Below are positions 41,531-55,350 of a stretch of 64,000 nucleotides of DNA, piece after piece. The notes beneath the pieces are model-generated. The model ran no database searches and was not told where the DNA came from. It saw only the letters and a program-made list of their open reading frames with translations. Origin of the DNA: Schmidtea nova (taxonomy: Eukaryota); contig CM097883.1 in the NCBI GenBank assembly GCA_044892505.1, positions 286,006,001 through 286,070,000 on the forward strand, read 5' to 3'. The number at the start of each line of letters is the position of its first letter. Within the stretch, counting starts at the first letter, position 1. The position numbers and the translations under genes are program-made.

Positions 41531-41758
41531 ATGTATTTAATAAATAAATTTTAGTTAGAATTGAATTTTTACCAAGCATTTAAAAGTTAAATAAAAATAA
41601 ATTGGTGAATATAGATAACTTTTTAAAGCTTTCATATCATTATGAGATCAAAATAAAAGGCTTAAAAGTTATCCTAATAAATAAAATTACCCGAAAGCCA
41701 TTTTAAAATTGCTAATACGAAAATAAGTAATCATAACCCCTGGCGCGTGTCACTCACG

Positions 41759-42790
41759 TGTATTATAGGTGACCCGATTGAGTGAAACACAGTGTACAAT
41801 GTACAGTGTACAGTGTACATAGCACTCACCCCAATTGTTCCGACATATCTTAAATAGAGACTCTGTTGGGCTCTACATTTTCCTCCACAACAAATATTCA
41901 CACTACTGACATCAACAAACAACTAAAAAAATTATCATCACCACAACTATCATAACCCGATATACTCATATCTCAACCATTCCAACAACTTGGTAACACA
42001 TAACAATTGGTGTCAGAAGGCAAAACAAAATTAAATCGCGAATTTGTTTTTTCAAATCACCTTTTCTTTTAGCATAGTTATTATAGAACTATAAAGGAAG
42101 GTGAGATATTTTGATCGAACACAGAAGGTCATATTCTTTTGATACACTCAAATTGTTTACACAAATCAAAGAAAATAACACAGGAAAATAAATAATTTTA
42201 AGAGAATAAAAACTAATCTCATGATTAATCCAATCCCAAATTATTTTATTCATGAAGACGGCTCTATGCAAGCATGGTTAAAAGTAGCCAATTTGACACT
42301 ATCCTTAAGTGGAATAAACCCACCAAGACTAATATGCTCGCACATATTGACGGCACTTCCTAGTTATATCCGAAATGAAATTGCCGTTCAAATATACAAA
42401 ATTTTCACAAACAACCCTTTTGAAAAACTCTGCAGCATATTAGCAAATAAGAAATGAAACAAATAATAAACAAATGCAAGAATTTTGCCCCAGTAAATAT
42501 ATACCAAATAATTTCCCAAAACCACTAAAACAGAATTTGGAGTACGTCCAAACAAAATTAGCAAACTTTGACCTAAACGAACAGAGATCATATCAAACAT
42601 TAGCTACTAAAAATAATAAAACAGAAAACAAAATTTTGACAGGCATGGTAGATAAAATAAATGCAGGAGCTTTCCCCAGTATAAACAGTACTAATGACAA
42701 CAATAATAAAAACACGAAATTGCCAAATAATAGAAATATATTTCAAGGACATAGTCCTCATCATCAGTCTGCCATCATAATCTAAATCAA
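41759..42790 (+). mobile_element. Gypsy 5' LTR + PBS + decayed gag
   Basis: LTR end TAACA at 42005, PBS TGGTGTCAGAAG at 42008-42019, gag-like HILTALPSYIRNEI...PFEKLCSIL. LTR start uncertain. Confidence 0.6.
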
Positions 42791-42838
42791 ATGCTATATA
42801 CGGAAACAGTAATGACGTAATGGCTATTATTTAATGAG

Positions 42839-43330
42839 TTAATTTAATAATCTCAATAAATTCGTTGCTGATTGAATATTAATTGTAGGGGATTGTGATT
42901 TAATCACCAACGCCTCACATAAAATTCTTTCCCATTTATGGTTAAAGTTTTTTAATATAATTTTAAAATCTTTAAAATCAGTTTCTCCTTTACACATTTT
43001 TATATGCTCAATAATATTACTCACACCTTTCAATCGGCTATGTTCCTGAACCCTTGTGCGGAGATGACGGGAAGTCTCTCCAATGTATGTGGCATTGCAC
43101 CCATTACAAGAAAACTTATACACTAGATCAGAAACTAAAGCTATTGGGGTTTGAGATTTATTACTTAACATATTTACTGATTTTAAAGACTTTGACACTA
43201 TGTTAAATATGTTAGAATTTCCTAAGAATTTCATTATAGAACACTTTTTTAAAACCTTTCTAATATGGAATTACTAAAACGTGCGTTTTTAAATGTTCAC
43301 TATCATTAGATGGACTACCATTTCCAATGC
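42839..43330 (-). mobile_element. Penelope-like element, GIY-YIG endonuclease end
   Basis: VYKFSCNGCNATYIGETSRHLRTRVQEH...ILCEALVIKSQSPTINIQ. Confidence 0.85.
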
Positions 43331-43382
43331 TTTCATCAGGCTCAATCAATAGCCGATCAATGGTTTCCTTAGTCAGTCTTTC

Positions 43383-43525
43383 NNNNNNNNNNNNNNNNNN
43401 NNNNNNNNNNNNNNNNNNNNNNNNNNNNNNNNNNNNNNNNNNNNNNNNNNNNNNNNNNNNNNNNNNNNNNNNNNNNNNNNNNNNNNNNNNNNNNNNNNNN
43501 NNNNNNNNNNNNNNNNNNNNNNNNN
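43383..43525. other. Assembly gap (143 N)
   Basis: Run of N. Confidence 1.
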
Positions 43526-45376
43526 GTGAATATTCTAATTGGCGACACGCAACAACGTATTTTGTTCAACATGAAAACAGTACACAACATATCGAATGTT
43601 CAAAAAAGTGGTGTGAATAAAAATTGCGGATGCAGAAGAACTGCACAATAGATAAAGAGCTTGAGACATATTGTGAAATGGAAACAAAACGATGGTGTGG
43701 TATTATTGAAAGGATGATAGCTGTTGTTCAATTTTTATCTCGTCAGTATTTAGCATTTCGCGGCACATCGACAGTTATACTATCCAAACAATGGAAATTT
43801 CATGAAAGCTGTAGAAATGTTAGCTAAATTTGATCCGATAATAACAGAGCATGTAAGAAACGTACAAACATCAAAACAAAAAAAGTCATGTCACATTATT
43901 TTGGAATCAATTTTCAAATTCAAAATATTTTTCTATTAAGCTTGATTGCACGTCATTTTTAAGCCGAGTCGAACAAATCGCGTTTGTTATTCAGAGTGTG
44001 AATTTGGCTCAAAATAAAGCACCAGTCGCAGAATATTTTCTTGGTTTTTCTCCAATAGTTGATACGTCTGGTGAAGGTTTATTTAACTTCCTTACTAACG
44101 AATTGTAGTCTAAATTTAGCTTGGATGTATAAAAATGTTCGTGGCCAAAGCTATAACAATGGATCCAAAATGTGAGGTAAGCATATAGGACTTCAAAAAA
44201 GAACTTTAAATATTAACCCCAGAGCAACATTTGTACCATGTGCAGCACATAACCTAAATTTAGTGCTTAGTGATGCTGTGAACATTATTAATGAAACCGT
44301 TGGATTTTTCGACATTGTTCAGGAATTACTTCATTTTTTTCTGCCTCTCCATATAGATGAAATATGTTAGAAATCAAAATTAAAAATTTAACTTAAACCT
44401 TTAAGTGGTACTAGCTGGTCAAGCCGTATTAACGCTATAAGACCCTTGCAGCAAAATATTAAAGAAATTTCTGAAAGTTTAATTAATTTAAGAGATGATC
44501 AAAGTAGAGATATAGGCACAAGAAATCCGGCACATTCGTTATCTGAAAAATTAAAGTCATTTAAATTTTTATGTTCGTTATTTATCTGGCAAGATATACT
44601 CTCAAAAATTGACGTAGTTAGCAAAATGCTACAAAATTCCGACATTGACATTAAGCGTTTGTTAATTTTAAAAGATTTTTAAATGAGAAAAGAAACGATG
44701 CCAATTTTATTGGATATATAAATGAAGCTACAAACTTTGCACAAGTTATTGATGTAGAAAATGAATTTCCACAGACCCGCATAAGAAAAAGACCTCGTCA
44801 ATTTTTATATGAATCAAGTGATGAGTTTGTAGAAAATTAATTTTTATTTCCGCATTATAGATAGAGCGAATAATTCTGTAGAGGAAAGATTTACGCTATT
44901 AGATCAATGTAATAATATCTATGGTTTTTTGTATTCTTTCCGTTCAATAGATTCAGATATTTAAAAAAAAAGTTGCTTGGAGTCGGAAATTTTTCTACAA
45001 ATACATGTCAATGATGTTATAGAAAAAGACCTGAATGGTTTGAATTATTTAACGAAATATTAAGTTTTAGGGAAATATTTCACACTGCGGCGAAGCCTGT
45101 AATGACTTTGAATTACATCATACAAAACGACTTATAATCCTTGTTTCCCAATTTTTCTATAGCGTTAAGAATTTTTTTAACAGTGCCTGTAACTGTAGCA
45201 ACTGGAGAAAGAAGTTTTCTAAATTAAAATTTTAAAAAATTACCTAAGGTCGTCGATGTCGCAAGAAAGGCTAACCAATCTTGCTTTGTTATCGATATAA
45301 AAATATATTTGAGAATTTAAACTTATCCCAAGTAATTGATGATTTTGCTTTAGCACAAGCAAGAGTAAAATTGTGA
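43526..45376 (+). pseudogene. hAT (ZMYM1/DUF4371-type) transposase pseudogene
   Basis: QHENSTQH, LSRQYLAFRG, GQSYNNGS.M.G, FVPCAAHNLNL, LKPLSGTSWSSR, TVPVTVATGERSFS, SSMSQERL, with many stops/frameshifts. Confidence 0.85.
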
Positions 45377-45726
45377 AATCTTTTTTTAGTGCTTACACTT
45401 AATACTTTGTTTTATATGAAACTAGTATTGGGTTAGCACAGTCGATAAAAACGATTTTAGTACAAAATAATAGGGTAATAATTAAAACAATTAAATAGAA
45501 AGGAAAAAAAATAAAAAATAGAAATCAAAAATATCAAAGAATTGAGAGAATAATAACTAAAAAGATAAAAGAAAAACAAAGAAAAACGAGATAAACCTAA
45601 ATGTAACACAAAAATAAAAGAAAAGGAATTAAAATAGGAATTAAATCAATTAATAAAAGTTAATAAGACTAATAACAAAAGAGAAAAGAAGTAATTAATA
45701 GAAAAACAAAAAATATATATATATAT

Positions 45727-47460
45727 TGTTAAAGTTGATATTCACGTTGTTTTAAAAGTCTTTAGAGTCTGTTTTTATTTAGTCTGTTATGTTTAACTTT
45801 TTATATTAATAAGATATACCTATATATTGTTAATATCTGAGTCTTTTACTGTTTATATGGTATTTGTAGGTATGTACACAGAGAAGTGTAAGCGCCCGAG
45901 AGAGTCTTGCGGTAATTGTGTGCAGACACTCGGGGTGTATGCTATGTGATGCGAAAACAGTATAAACAAAATAATAAAATCAAGCAATTATTAACAATCA
46001 AATTGTTATTACAATAAAAGTTTTAACAACCTAACTTTACAAAATTACTTTAATTTACTTTGCTTTATCTACTGTCTTTTATCTATTGCAAGCTTCAAAG
46101 GGACTGAATTTTAACGATCCACCAACTCAACTTCAAAGTCTGTTATTTATAGGATGTTATTTATGGAGTGTTTGGAGTGGTATCTACTATCTTTTATCTA
46201 TCGGAATATTCGGAGGAACTGGATTTATAGAATGTTTAGAACAAATGGAATATTCGGAGGACTTGAATTTATAGAATGTTTGGAATAAATTTGTCTAGGC
46301 AACTTCTGATTCCGATCTAGTCTTTTGATTGATATTCTGTTTCTGCGTACGCTTTATATTTGTTAGTTTGTAGATAAGTTTAGTTTCCAATTAGTTTCCA
46401 AGATTAATTAAAAAATTTTAATTCTTGTATTGATTTTTTGTTGTTATTATTATAGTTTATTTCTATAGTAAGCTATTTGATTTAATTTAAAATTTGAATT
46501 TTTTTAATTAAATTTTAATTAAGAGGTTATTTGCAATTACCACCATAATAATACTAGAAATTAGCAAAATAAAAATGGGGTCTCTATACCCTCAATAACA
46601 TTAAAAAAATAATAAATAACAATAAAATATAACCATTACATATAGGTTTTGTTAAAGTTGATATTTACGTTGTTTTGAAAGTCTTTAGAGTCTGTTCTTA
46701 TTTGGTTTGTTATGTTGGACGTTTTATTATAATTAGGTATACCTATATATTGTTAGTATATGGGTCTTTTGCTGTTTATATGGTATTTGTAGGTATGTAC
46801 ACAGAGAAATGTAAGCGCCCGAGAGAGTCTTGCGGTAATTGTGTGCAGACACTCGGGGTGTATGCTATGTGATGCGAAAACAGTATAAACAAAATAATAA
46901 AATCAAGCAATTATTATCACAATAGAAGTCTTAACAACACAACTATACAAAATTACTTTAATTTACTTTACTTTATCTACTGTCTTTTATCTATTGCAAG
47001 CTTCGGAGGGACTGAATTTCGACAATACACTAACTCAAATTCAAGGTTTGTTATTTATGGAATGTTATTTATGGAGTGGTTGGGTGATATCTACTACCTT
47101 TTGTCTGTTGAAATATTCGGAGGGACTGAATTTCGACAATACACTAACTCAAATTCAAGGTTTGTTATTTATGGAATGTTATTTATGGAGTGGTTGGGTG
47201 ATATCTACTACCTTTTGTCTGTTGAAATATTCGGAGGAACTGAATTTCGACAATCCTCTAATTCAAATTCAAAGTCAGTTATTTATGGAATGTTATTGGA
47301 GATATCTACTATCTTTTATCTGTCGAAATATTCGGAGGAACTGAATTTATAGAAGGTTTAGAATAAATGGGTCTGGGCAAACTTCTGATTCCGATCTAGT
47401 CTTTTGATTGATATTCCGTTCCAGCGTACGCTTTACGTTTAATGGTTTGTGGATCCCAAG
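45727..47460. repeat. Two diverged tandem copies of a ~0.6-0.8 kb repeat, second with 114 bp internal repeats
   Basis: TGTTAAAGTTGATATT at ~45727 and ~46650; near-identical core GTAAGCGCCCGAGAGAGTCTTGCGG...; 114 bp period at 47003/47117. Confidence 0.8.
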
Positions 47461-47589
47461 AGTTGAATTAGTTTTTAGATTAGTTTATTAATTTTCATAA
47501 ATTTACAGCTGTAGCTCAGCAAATTAGTTTTTAATTTTTAAAAAATCCATATTTTTTTAATTGTCATTAGCTTACTATAGTTTATTTCT

Positions 47590-47848
47590 ATATGATTCTC
47601 CAATGTACTCAAATGATTCTCAAATGATCCTCCAATGCTGGCCATTGAATGGGTCGAATTCTCTTGACTACTTTTGCATTTTTATTCCCAATCGATTGCA
47701 GAAGATCTTTGTTTTTTCCATCACTTGATGAGGTTAATGTGACAGCCATAATGTTCAGCTGCTTTTGAAATGGATGAATTCAAAGCATAATTCACAGCAG
47801 CTTCTTTAAATTGTATTGTATATGTTTTTCGTTTTTTGTCTGCCATTT
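47590..47848 (-). pseudogene. pogo-like transposase N-terminal HTH relic
   Basis: MADKKRKTYTIQFKEAAVNYALNSSISKAAEHYG...WKKQ, then WPALEDHL in another frame. Confidence 0.6.
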
Positions 47849-49489
47849 TTCAATTTGATTTGAATTTGTTAAATTAATTATATAATTAAACAACATTATT
47901 GATTTATTATTAGTATCTTAATTTTTTAAAAAATATTTTATTAAATATTATAACGTAGAATTAGTACCTTAGTAAAAAGTGGTACCTTTCTAAAGATAGT
48001 ACAAAAATCGTGGGCTTCCAAAAACTTTAATAAAGTCATACCTTAGTAGGGAGTAGTACCTTATAACCAAAAAACAGGGTAAGCTATTTGATTTTAAATT
48101 AAATATTTGAATTCTTATAATTCTTAACAATAATAATAATAATAATAATAAAAAATTAACACGCACCAAAAAGCGGGGTTTCCTATGTCCGTAAGGACGC
48201 CCTCCTTGCTAATAGCAGCGGTCATGACAATAACGACGACAACCAAAGTGATAATCACAATAAAAATAACCGTCATAAAAATATACAGCATTAACAGGTT
48301 TATTCAGCCGATTAAAGGCTAAAATGATTTTGATTAGCTGCTTGAACGCCAAAACTAGTATTAAAGGGCGCTCAAGTCAGTAGCAGTAGCATTTTCCCCA
48401 AATTGGAATTCTTGTTAAATTGTTATCATCTTGGTTTAGTATATTTCTATTCTAGCATAAATTCGAATTTTATAGCAACACTCGGAGTAACATTTTGTAA
48501 ACATTTCTATAATTAATCGCGGAAAATATTTGTAAGTGTTTCAGTTCTTTAAATAAATATTTTATCATGAAATACTGTGTTGTTTTATTTTATTCGAATT
48601 TTTATTAAATCAATGATGGTAGTAAGTTGCCTTGAGAGTCTGTGCGGCCCTAAGGGTTGCCGGCTTTCCTGCAGTTTCGCCCTCCATTTCGCGCCTCAAG
48701 TGTGGGATGGATGGAGGAACTACTGAACGGCAAGATTGTAAATTTCAATAGCATCTGTTAGCGAGTGTCAGAATACTGCATCGCCAGTAGTTCCCCTGTT
48801 AAATAAATCGCCAGCTCTAAAATAATTCTTAATGCTAGTATTTCCCCTGTTCAATAAATTGCCAGTTCTAGAAACAATCTTGCTAATGACGGTAGTCCCC
48901 CTGTCAAATGAATCTATATAAGAAGTTGTTCACAAATAATTCGAGTAATGATAACGATCCCAGGCGTAGGAACTTATTGCCGAAAATTATGAATATCTGA
49001 TGAATTTACCGAAGTCAGCAGTTGAGAAAAAACTATAAATTAAAAATTCACTATAACCTGATTTAATTTGAGCGTTTCGTTACTTATTTTAAATTAATGA
49101 TAAAGTAATGAAATCTAATAATTTGACCCAAGCGCTAATCCCAAATTCAGACGTCTCTTAGATAATTTCTTGACACAATTATATCTGTAATTCTATCACA
49201 AATTAATCATAGTATGACTTCAAATTTAGTCGTAGTATGCGAGGAAAGTGAACGAAATTTTTGTCGGGAAGTTAGAACAACAACACGACCAACACTAGTA
49301 ATTTATTTTGTGTTTATTGGAATAAAATATTAAACCATTTTTTGTTGATTTACAAATTTTAGTTTCATTTTTTTTTTAAAATAAAAAAACTTTTCTCATT
49401 TTAATATAGCATGTTGTCGTAAATAAAAAAATTTTTTTCTTCCCTCATTTTTATTGCGTTTTCATATTCTGTATTCAATTTCATGAGGG

Positions 49490-49671
49490 TTAGGGTTAGG
49501 GGCGGCAATATTGTTTCTACACTTGAGCGGCCAGCAACGCAGGAATGGCACTGCACTTATTTAAAGAAATTTTTATCTATAGTTAGGGGCGGCAATATTG
49601 TTTCTACACTTGAGCGGCCAGCAACGCAGGAATGGCACTGCACTTATTTAAAGAAATTTTTATCTATAGTC
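49490..49671 (+). repeat. 87 bp direct duplication preceded by TTAGGG repeats
   Basis: TTAGGGGCGGCAATATTGTTTCTACACTTGAGCGGCC... at 49496 and 49583. Confidence 0.85.
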
Positions 49672-49907
49672 TTACTATTATGAGAATGATTGATATTAAT
49701 ATTAAAAAAAGATCAAAAGTGAAACAAAAAGATGATTATATATACCAACTGTTTCAGGGATTTTATAATGACATGAAACTTTGATAAATAGTAATCGGAT
49801 AATTCGAAAACTCTGTTAATTCAAACAGTTTCAGCCAGTTCCATGTACATATTTGCATTTTTAATTCGAAGTAAAAAAAGTTCATGAATCAAGCAAATGC
49901 AAATTAA

Positions 49908-52448
49908 CCCATATTAACCTAGCGTTGCCATATGGCAACGCCGCGCAATAACTTTTTATTTGCAAGACTGTACTTGTTTGTGCAAGCAAATCGTGCCGGG
50001 AAGTGTTTGCGCATGTATATGAAACCTCAGTCGAGCCGACAAAAGCAGTTTGCAAGGTTCTAATGCAATTCGGTGAGAAATTGTGGTTGGTTTATTTTAG
50101 TTCTTTTTATTTTTGACGGCGATATGGATGATTACGCGAGGTAAGTAACTATTTCTCATATTTAGCAATAATAATAATGTTTGATTCTTACGTATTATAT
50201 TCTATATAGTTCATACTATAAATAAATATTATTAGTTTGACTCTCTTCACATTACTTTCTTAGAAAATATGACGTAATTCTTTGTGTTGCCAAATGGCAA
50301 CGCTAAGCTATTCCCAATGCTATTTCTAGTAAAACGAATGAATAATATGACTTCGCGATTATTACAATATATTTTAAATCATTTTTATTTTAGAAGCATG
50401 GGCATTCGATTTGCGGATGGTTTTACTGTCCAAGAAGCATTAGACATGATACTAGAAGAGGAGGAAATAAGTGAAAACGTCGATAACCTAATAAGAGAAG
50501 TTTTTATATCTCCACCCGAGGCAGCCGTTCTTACCGATGAAGATTCGGGGGATGAAGTTGAGTGTGGGGGTGATAATTTGAATGGGAGACAATTATTATC
50601 AGAAGCAGAAGTTGTAAGGACTCATCGAATGGAAGAAGAATTTGACTGGAAAGAAAATAAAGAAAGAACATGGATCAAAGGACAATTTCAAACTACAGTT
50701 GAAGATGATTTTCCAGTCCATGTTCATGATTTTACAAACAAATCTTCTTCGGATATTTTTGAATTATTTTTCAATGAAGAAATTATTAAATTTTTAACGA
50801 GTTCTTCAAACCAATACGCGCAATTTATCAATTGTGGAAATCCTGCAATAACTTTAGAAGAAATTAAAATTTTCGTGGCCATATTGATTCTCAGCGGTTA
50901 TAATAAATTGCCAGAAAAGAGATTTTATTGGGATAAAAATAACGACATGGGCAATGAGCTAGTAATAAATAGTATGCGGAGAAATCGATTTGAACAAATT
51001 TTACGATTTTTTCATTGTTGCGATAACTCCAATCCAGATTTAGGCGACAAAATGTGGAAATTGCGACCTTTGGTGAATATGGTAAAAACAAACATTCACA
51101 AACACTATATTCCTGAAAAAAATTTGTCATTTGACGAATGCATGGTGAAGTATTTCGGTAAACACGGATGTAAACAATACATTCATGGAAAACCGATTAG
51201 GTTTGGTTACAAAGGATGGTGTTTAAACACTGTAGATGGATATCTTGTGGATTTCGAAATTTATCAAGGAAAAAGCATATCTTCGAACGAAGGATACGAA
51301 AAAAGTTTTGGGAAAGCTGCTACTCCTCTACTCAGGATGCTGGATTCTTTACCCCATGACAAACAGCTATTGCCCTATCATTTATATTTTGATAATTTAT
51401 TTACCAGTCTGAATTTATTACGTTATTTAAAAGAACGAGGATACCACGCAACGGGAACAATACGAGAGAATAGAATTCCCAAAAATAATATTCTACCTTC
51501 AAATAAAGAATTGAAAAAAAATGATAGAGGAGTTTATCAGTCTGCAATTTGCAAAGAAGATGCAGTAGTTGTTGTGAAATTGGTAGATAATTCAATTGTC
51601 TCTATTGCTTCGAACTGCAATGGAGTTGAGCCACTTTCCACCGTCAAAAGATACTCTCGAACACAGAAAAAAACTGTCCAAGTGCCACGACCATATGTAT
51701 TGGGGGAATATAATAAATACATGGGCGGAACCGATAGAATGGACGAAAATGTTGCCAAATATCGTATAAACATACGTAATAAAAATGGTATTGGCCCCTT
51801 TTGTCGTGGCTAATAGAAATCTGCATTCATAATGCATGGATACTGCAGAGGAAATTTCGAAGTTCTGAAATTCCACAACTTCAATTTCGAAGAGAAATTG
51901 TACTAGCTTATCTTGGCCAATATGGAAAAGCTGCAAAAGGCGCAGGGAGATCTTCCTCCTCAAAAAGCTCCATCACGACAAGGGTATCAGAAGAAGTAAG
52001 ATCAGCTGGGAGGGATCATTTGGTAGGAAAAATACCAGGTAACAAAAAATGGCGATGCGCTGGCAAAAACTGCAAATCCATAATGAGAACTATGTGTATA
52101 AAATGTAAAATTGGTATGTGTATTGATTGTTTTGTAGATTTTCATAAAGCGCAATAAAATGTATTTCTATAATAAATTGTTCTAATGTAATTTTCTTTGT
52201 TTTTTTTATTTTTTTGATTATATTTGGAATTATTGGAGAAGCTGCAATAGCTCGAACCATGATAAAAATTAACACCCTTATAGCAGTATGACTGCTTAGC
52301 GTTGCCATATGGCAACACGGATTTTCTCGTAACATAGATTAAATTTTGATAAATAATATGGAAAATAATCTTAAATATTAATAAAATAATAGATTTATCC
52401 AAAAAAAAATTTTAAAATTAAAAAAAAATTAATTCAGGTCATTAAGGG
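49908..52448 (+). mobile_element. piggyBac transposon, nearly intact
   Basis: TTAA|CCCATATTAACCT ... AGGTCATTAAGGG|TTAA (10/13 TIR match), subterminal palindromes GCGTTGCCATATGGCAAC at ~49921, ~50284, ~52298. Confidence 0.9.
50124..52157 (+). CDS. piggyBac transposase (PGBD2/3-like), two exons, one -1 frameshift
   Basis: Exon 1 ATGGATGATTACGCGAG (50124-50140), GTAAGT...TTTTAG intron to 50393; LSFDECMV, YFDNLFTS, MGGTDRMD catalytic motifs; Cys-rich C-terminus after a missing A at 51781-51785. Confidence 0.85.
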
Positions 52449-52839
52449 TTAAATTTTTTCTGCATTTTCTGTAAGGTCACAATCATTAAATGGGCTATGT
52501 AATTAAAGTTATTGTAGTGTACAGGAACGAATGGAAATTGTTGTTATTTTTATTACTATTGAGTGTATGTTGGTACAAAACCCCCCCCCCCCAATTATTT
52601 GTGGGCATGGTGGTTGTAAATTTAATTATTTTAGGATTATCATTTAGTAAATTATTTTTAGTTAATTATAATTTTAATTGCAAATTTGAATTTGGCTTGC
52701 TATATCAAATTGCTATAGTAAGCCAAATTACAAATAAAAGTTATCGAAATTATTGAAGAATTGATTGAATTCAGAAAGAATTTAAAGAAGAATATTCAGG
52801 ATACTGAAAATTGTAAAGATATAACTAGAAATATTTATC

Positions 52840-53140
52840 TTGCAAGATTTAACTCAACAAATCAAAGTACCAAATACTAAAGAAAGTCAAGGAAGTTCAG
52901 CAAAGATTTAACACAACAAATCAAAGTAACAAATACTAAAGAAAGTCAAGGAAGTTCAACAAAGATTTAACACAACAAATCAAACTAACAAATACTTTCA
53001 AGAAAGTCAAGGAAGTTCAACAAAGAATTGTTATCTCGTTGATAGATATAACTAGAAATCTTTAACTTGAAAGATTCAATAAAACAAATCAAAGCACCAA
53101 ATACTAAAGACAGTCAAGGAAGTTCAACAAAGATTTGCTA
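52840..53140 (+). repeat. ~59 bp degenerate tandem repeat
   Basis: AAGATTT at 52844, 52903, 52962; about five copies. Confidence 0.8.
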
Positions 53141-53277
53141 TCTCGTTGAAAATTAAACTAGAAACAACAATCTATCGGAACAATAAAGAAAAAACAAAAA
53201 CAAATCTTAGAGGTAGTGTTTTTCCAGTTGAACCAAAAAGAAATTATAGAGGTAGTGTTTTTTTATTATTATCTTAA

Positions 53278-53510
53278 CCCTTTCGCACCGACTTTCCGCT
53301 AATGACACTATGCTAAATTTGTATATTGGAACTTGTTAATATTGACCTAAATATGAAATATTCTCATTTTTGTAATCGTGGCGCTTCTGAATATCCTAGA
53401 AAGTCCTGGGATAATAAGTCCCAATAGGCTTTTATGGACCATTCAAAATCATAAATGAAAAATCATGATGAAAGTTTCTGGGACGTATTGTCCCAATAGG
53501 GGCGAAAGGG
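53278..53510. mobile_element. piggyBac-type MITE (233 bp)
   Basis: TTAA|CCCTTTCGCACC ... GGGGCGAAAGGG|TTAA; internal CTGGGA..GTCCCAATAGG repeated twice. Confidence 0.85.
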
Positions 53511-53554
53511 TTAAATATAAAGGTTGTAAATTAATTAGTTTTGTTATTTCTTTG

Positions 53555-53760
53555 TTATTTATTTAACACGCACTACAAGCAACATACAACAAACACCCCA
53601 ATTGTCCCCACCATAAGTTTTGGGAGACTCTTTTGGGCCCTACATATTCTTATATCATTTATCTTCTATCATACATAAACAAGCATCAAAAACACATATT
53701 CTACCCCTAAAATAACCCATTATAGTTATTATTAACATTATAAACGTGCATGTCAATTGA
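53555..53760 (+). repeat. LTR-like fragment related to ~41825-41880
   Basis: Shared CACCCCAATTGT and GAGACTCT.TTGGG.CTACAT words. Confidence 0.4.
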
Positions 53761-53879
53761 AATTATTTTAGTAAATGGATGAGTCATCATGCAAAGCTAG
53801 CACGCTGTCTATATATTGGTGTGAGCGTGATAATCACACACTTCATAATTTTATCATCGTGGCGAAGTATAACACTAAA

Positions 53880-55350
53880 GACGTAGAGAAAGAGCTTAAA
53901 GCGCTGCATAAGTTAGATGATGGGAAGATGTCTGATGTCGCACACCAGTTTGGAGTCCCTCTAAGCACTCTTTCTACATGGAAAAAGAATAGATCCATCC
54001 AATGAGCACAGATCGTAAAAGAAACCGAACTGCAAAGTTAGAAGACGTGGAGGAGGCCTTGCTGCAATGGTTTACTTGAGTTCGTGGTCAAAATGACACT
54101 ATCTCTGGTCCCCTTATGAAAAAAAGGCACTGGTATCACTGGTATCATGGGGTTTCCAAATTTTCAGTGTAGTAACGGATGGCTGGATCGTTTCAAAGTG
54201 AGACATGGAATAACATTCAGAAATGTTTGTGGAGAAGGGAAATCTGTGAAAGAGGAGGACATCTTATCTCCCGGAACTGCTTAACAGATACAAAGCCGAG
54301 GATATATTTAATGCTGACGAGGCTGGTTTGTTTTTTGAACTCTTACCCGACAAAACAATGAGTTTCAAGGGCGAACCATGCTCAGGAGGTAAGAAAGGAA
54401 AGCAACGTGTCACAATCTTGGTTGCTGCCAACATCACTGGCTCTGAGAAACTTCCTCCTCTCGTAATCGGACGCTCAGCACATCCACGATGCTTTAAGAA
54501 TATCAAGTCGCTACCCGATGAATACGTTTCAAAAAAAAGCATGGATGACAGCCACATTATTCGAGGAATGGCTCAAAAAATGTGATAGAAAATTTGCAAA
54601 ACAAATGAAAAACGTGGCCTTTATTGTGGATAATTGTTCAGCTCATCCTGATGTATAAGGACTTACGGTAAGCATCATTTTATAAATTCTTACATTTAAT
54701 ACATTCTTACATATAGGCCATAAAACTAATTTTCCTTCCTCTCAATAAGACGAGCAAAACGCAGCCAATGGATCAAGACGTTATTCAAAACTTGAAAATG
54801 CACTACCGCTCTCGATTACTCTCTTCTTCTCACAGATCTTGAAGATGGCAAAGAATTTCAAGATAACCTTTTGGAAGCTTTGCACACAACGAGATATGCT
54901 TGGAATTCTGTAAAGCAGATTACCGTTGCAAATTGCTTTAGGCACTGCGGATTCAAAATTTCAGATGACATGCCCTCAATCACTGAAGAGAACATTGAAG
55001 AACCGCTCAGGAAGAGCAGTACCAAGTAGGCTGAATAAATAATAGAAATTCTACATTCCTAATGAGTACAGGAACATATGGGACCGACTTCAACAACTGG
55101 GGCTCGTTACGTCGCAGTCGATAATGATGTAGCCAACTCAGGCATATTAACGGAAGAAGAAATAGCCGCAGAGGTCTTACACAAGAAGAAAGGAGCTAAT
55201 GTCGTCGATGAAGCTTGTATGACCCTCCGTACTTTTTTGCTCTCTTATTCTGATGCTCATGCCTCTCTAGAAGAATTAACCAATATTGAGAATTTTGTAA
55301 TGAATGTGCAAGTGGATCGACAGCGTTATCTGACGATACCAGAAATGTTT
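53880..55350 (+). pseudogene. Tigger/CENP-B-like (TIGD4/6-type) transposase pseudogene
   Basis: FGVPLSTLSTWKKN, SNGWLDRFK.RHGI, IFNADEAGLFF, GSEKLPPLVIG, VDNCSAHP, TQPMDQ with frameshifts. Confidence 0.85.

Noticed and set aside
43327-43620. ORFs spanning the N run
   Set aside because: Artefacts of the assembly gap joining Penelope and hAT fragments.
48600-48920. GC-rich patch with ~60 bp imperfect repeats as a structured RNA
   Set aside because: No consistent fold or second copy in the window to support it.
49485-49503. Telomere or telomere-healing site
   Set aside because: Only about two and a half TTAGGG units, internal; too short to call.
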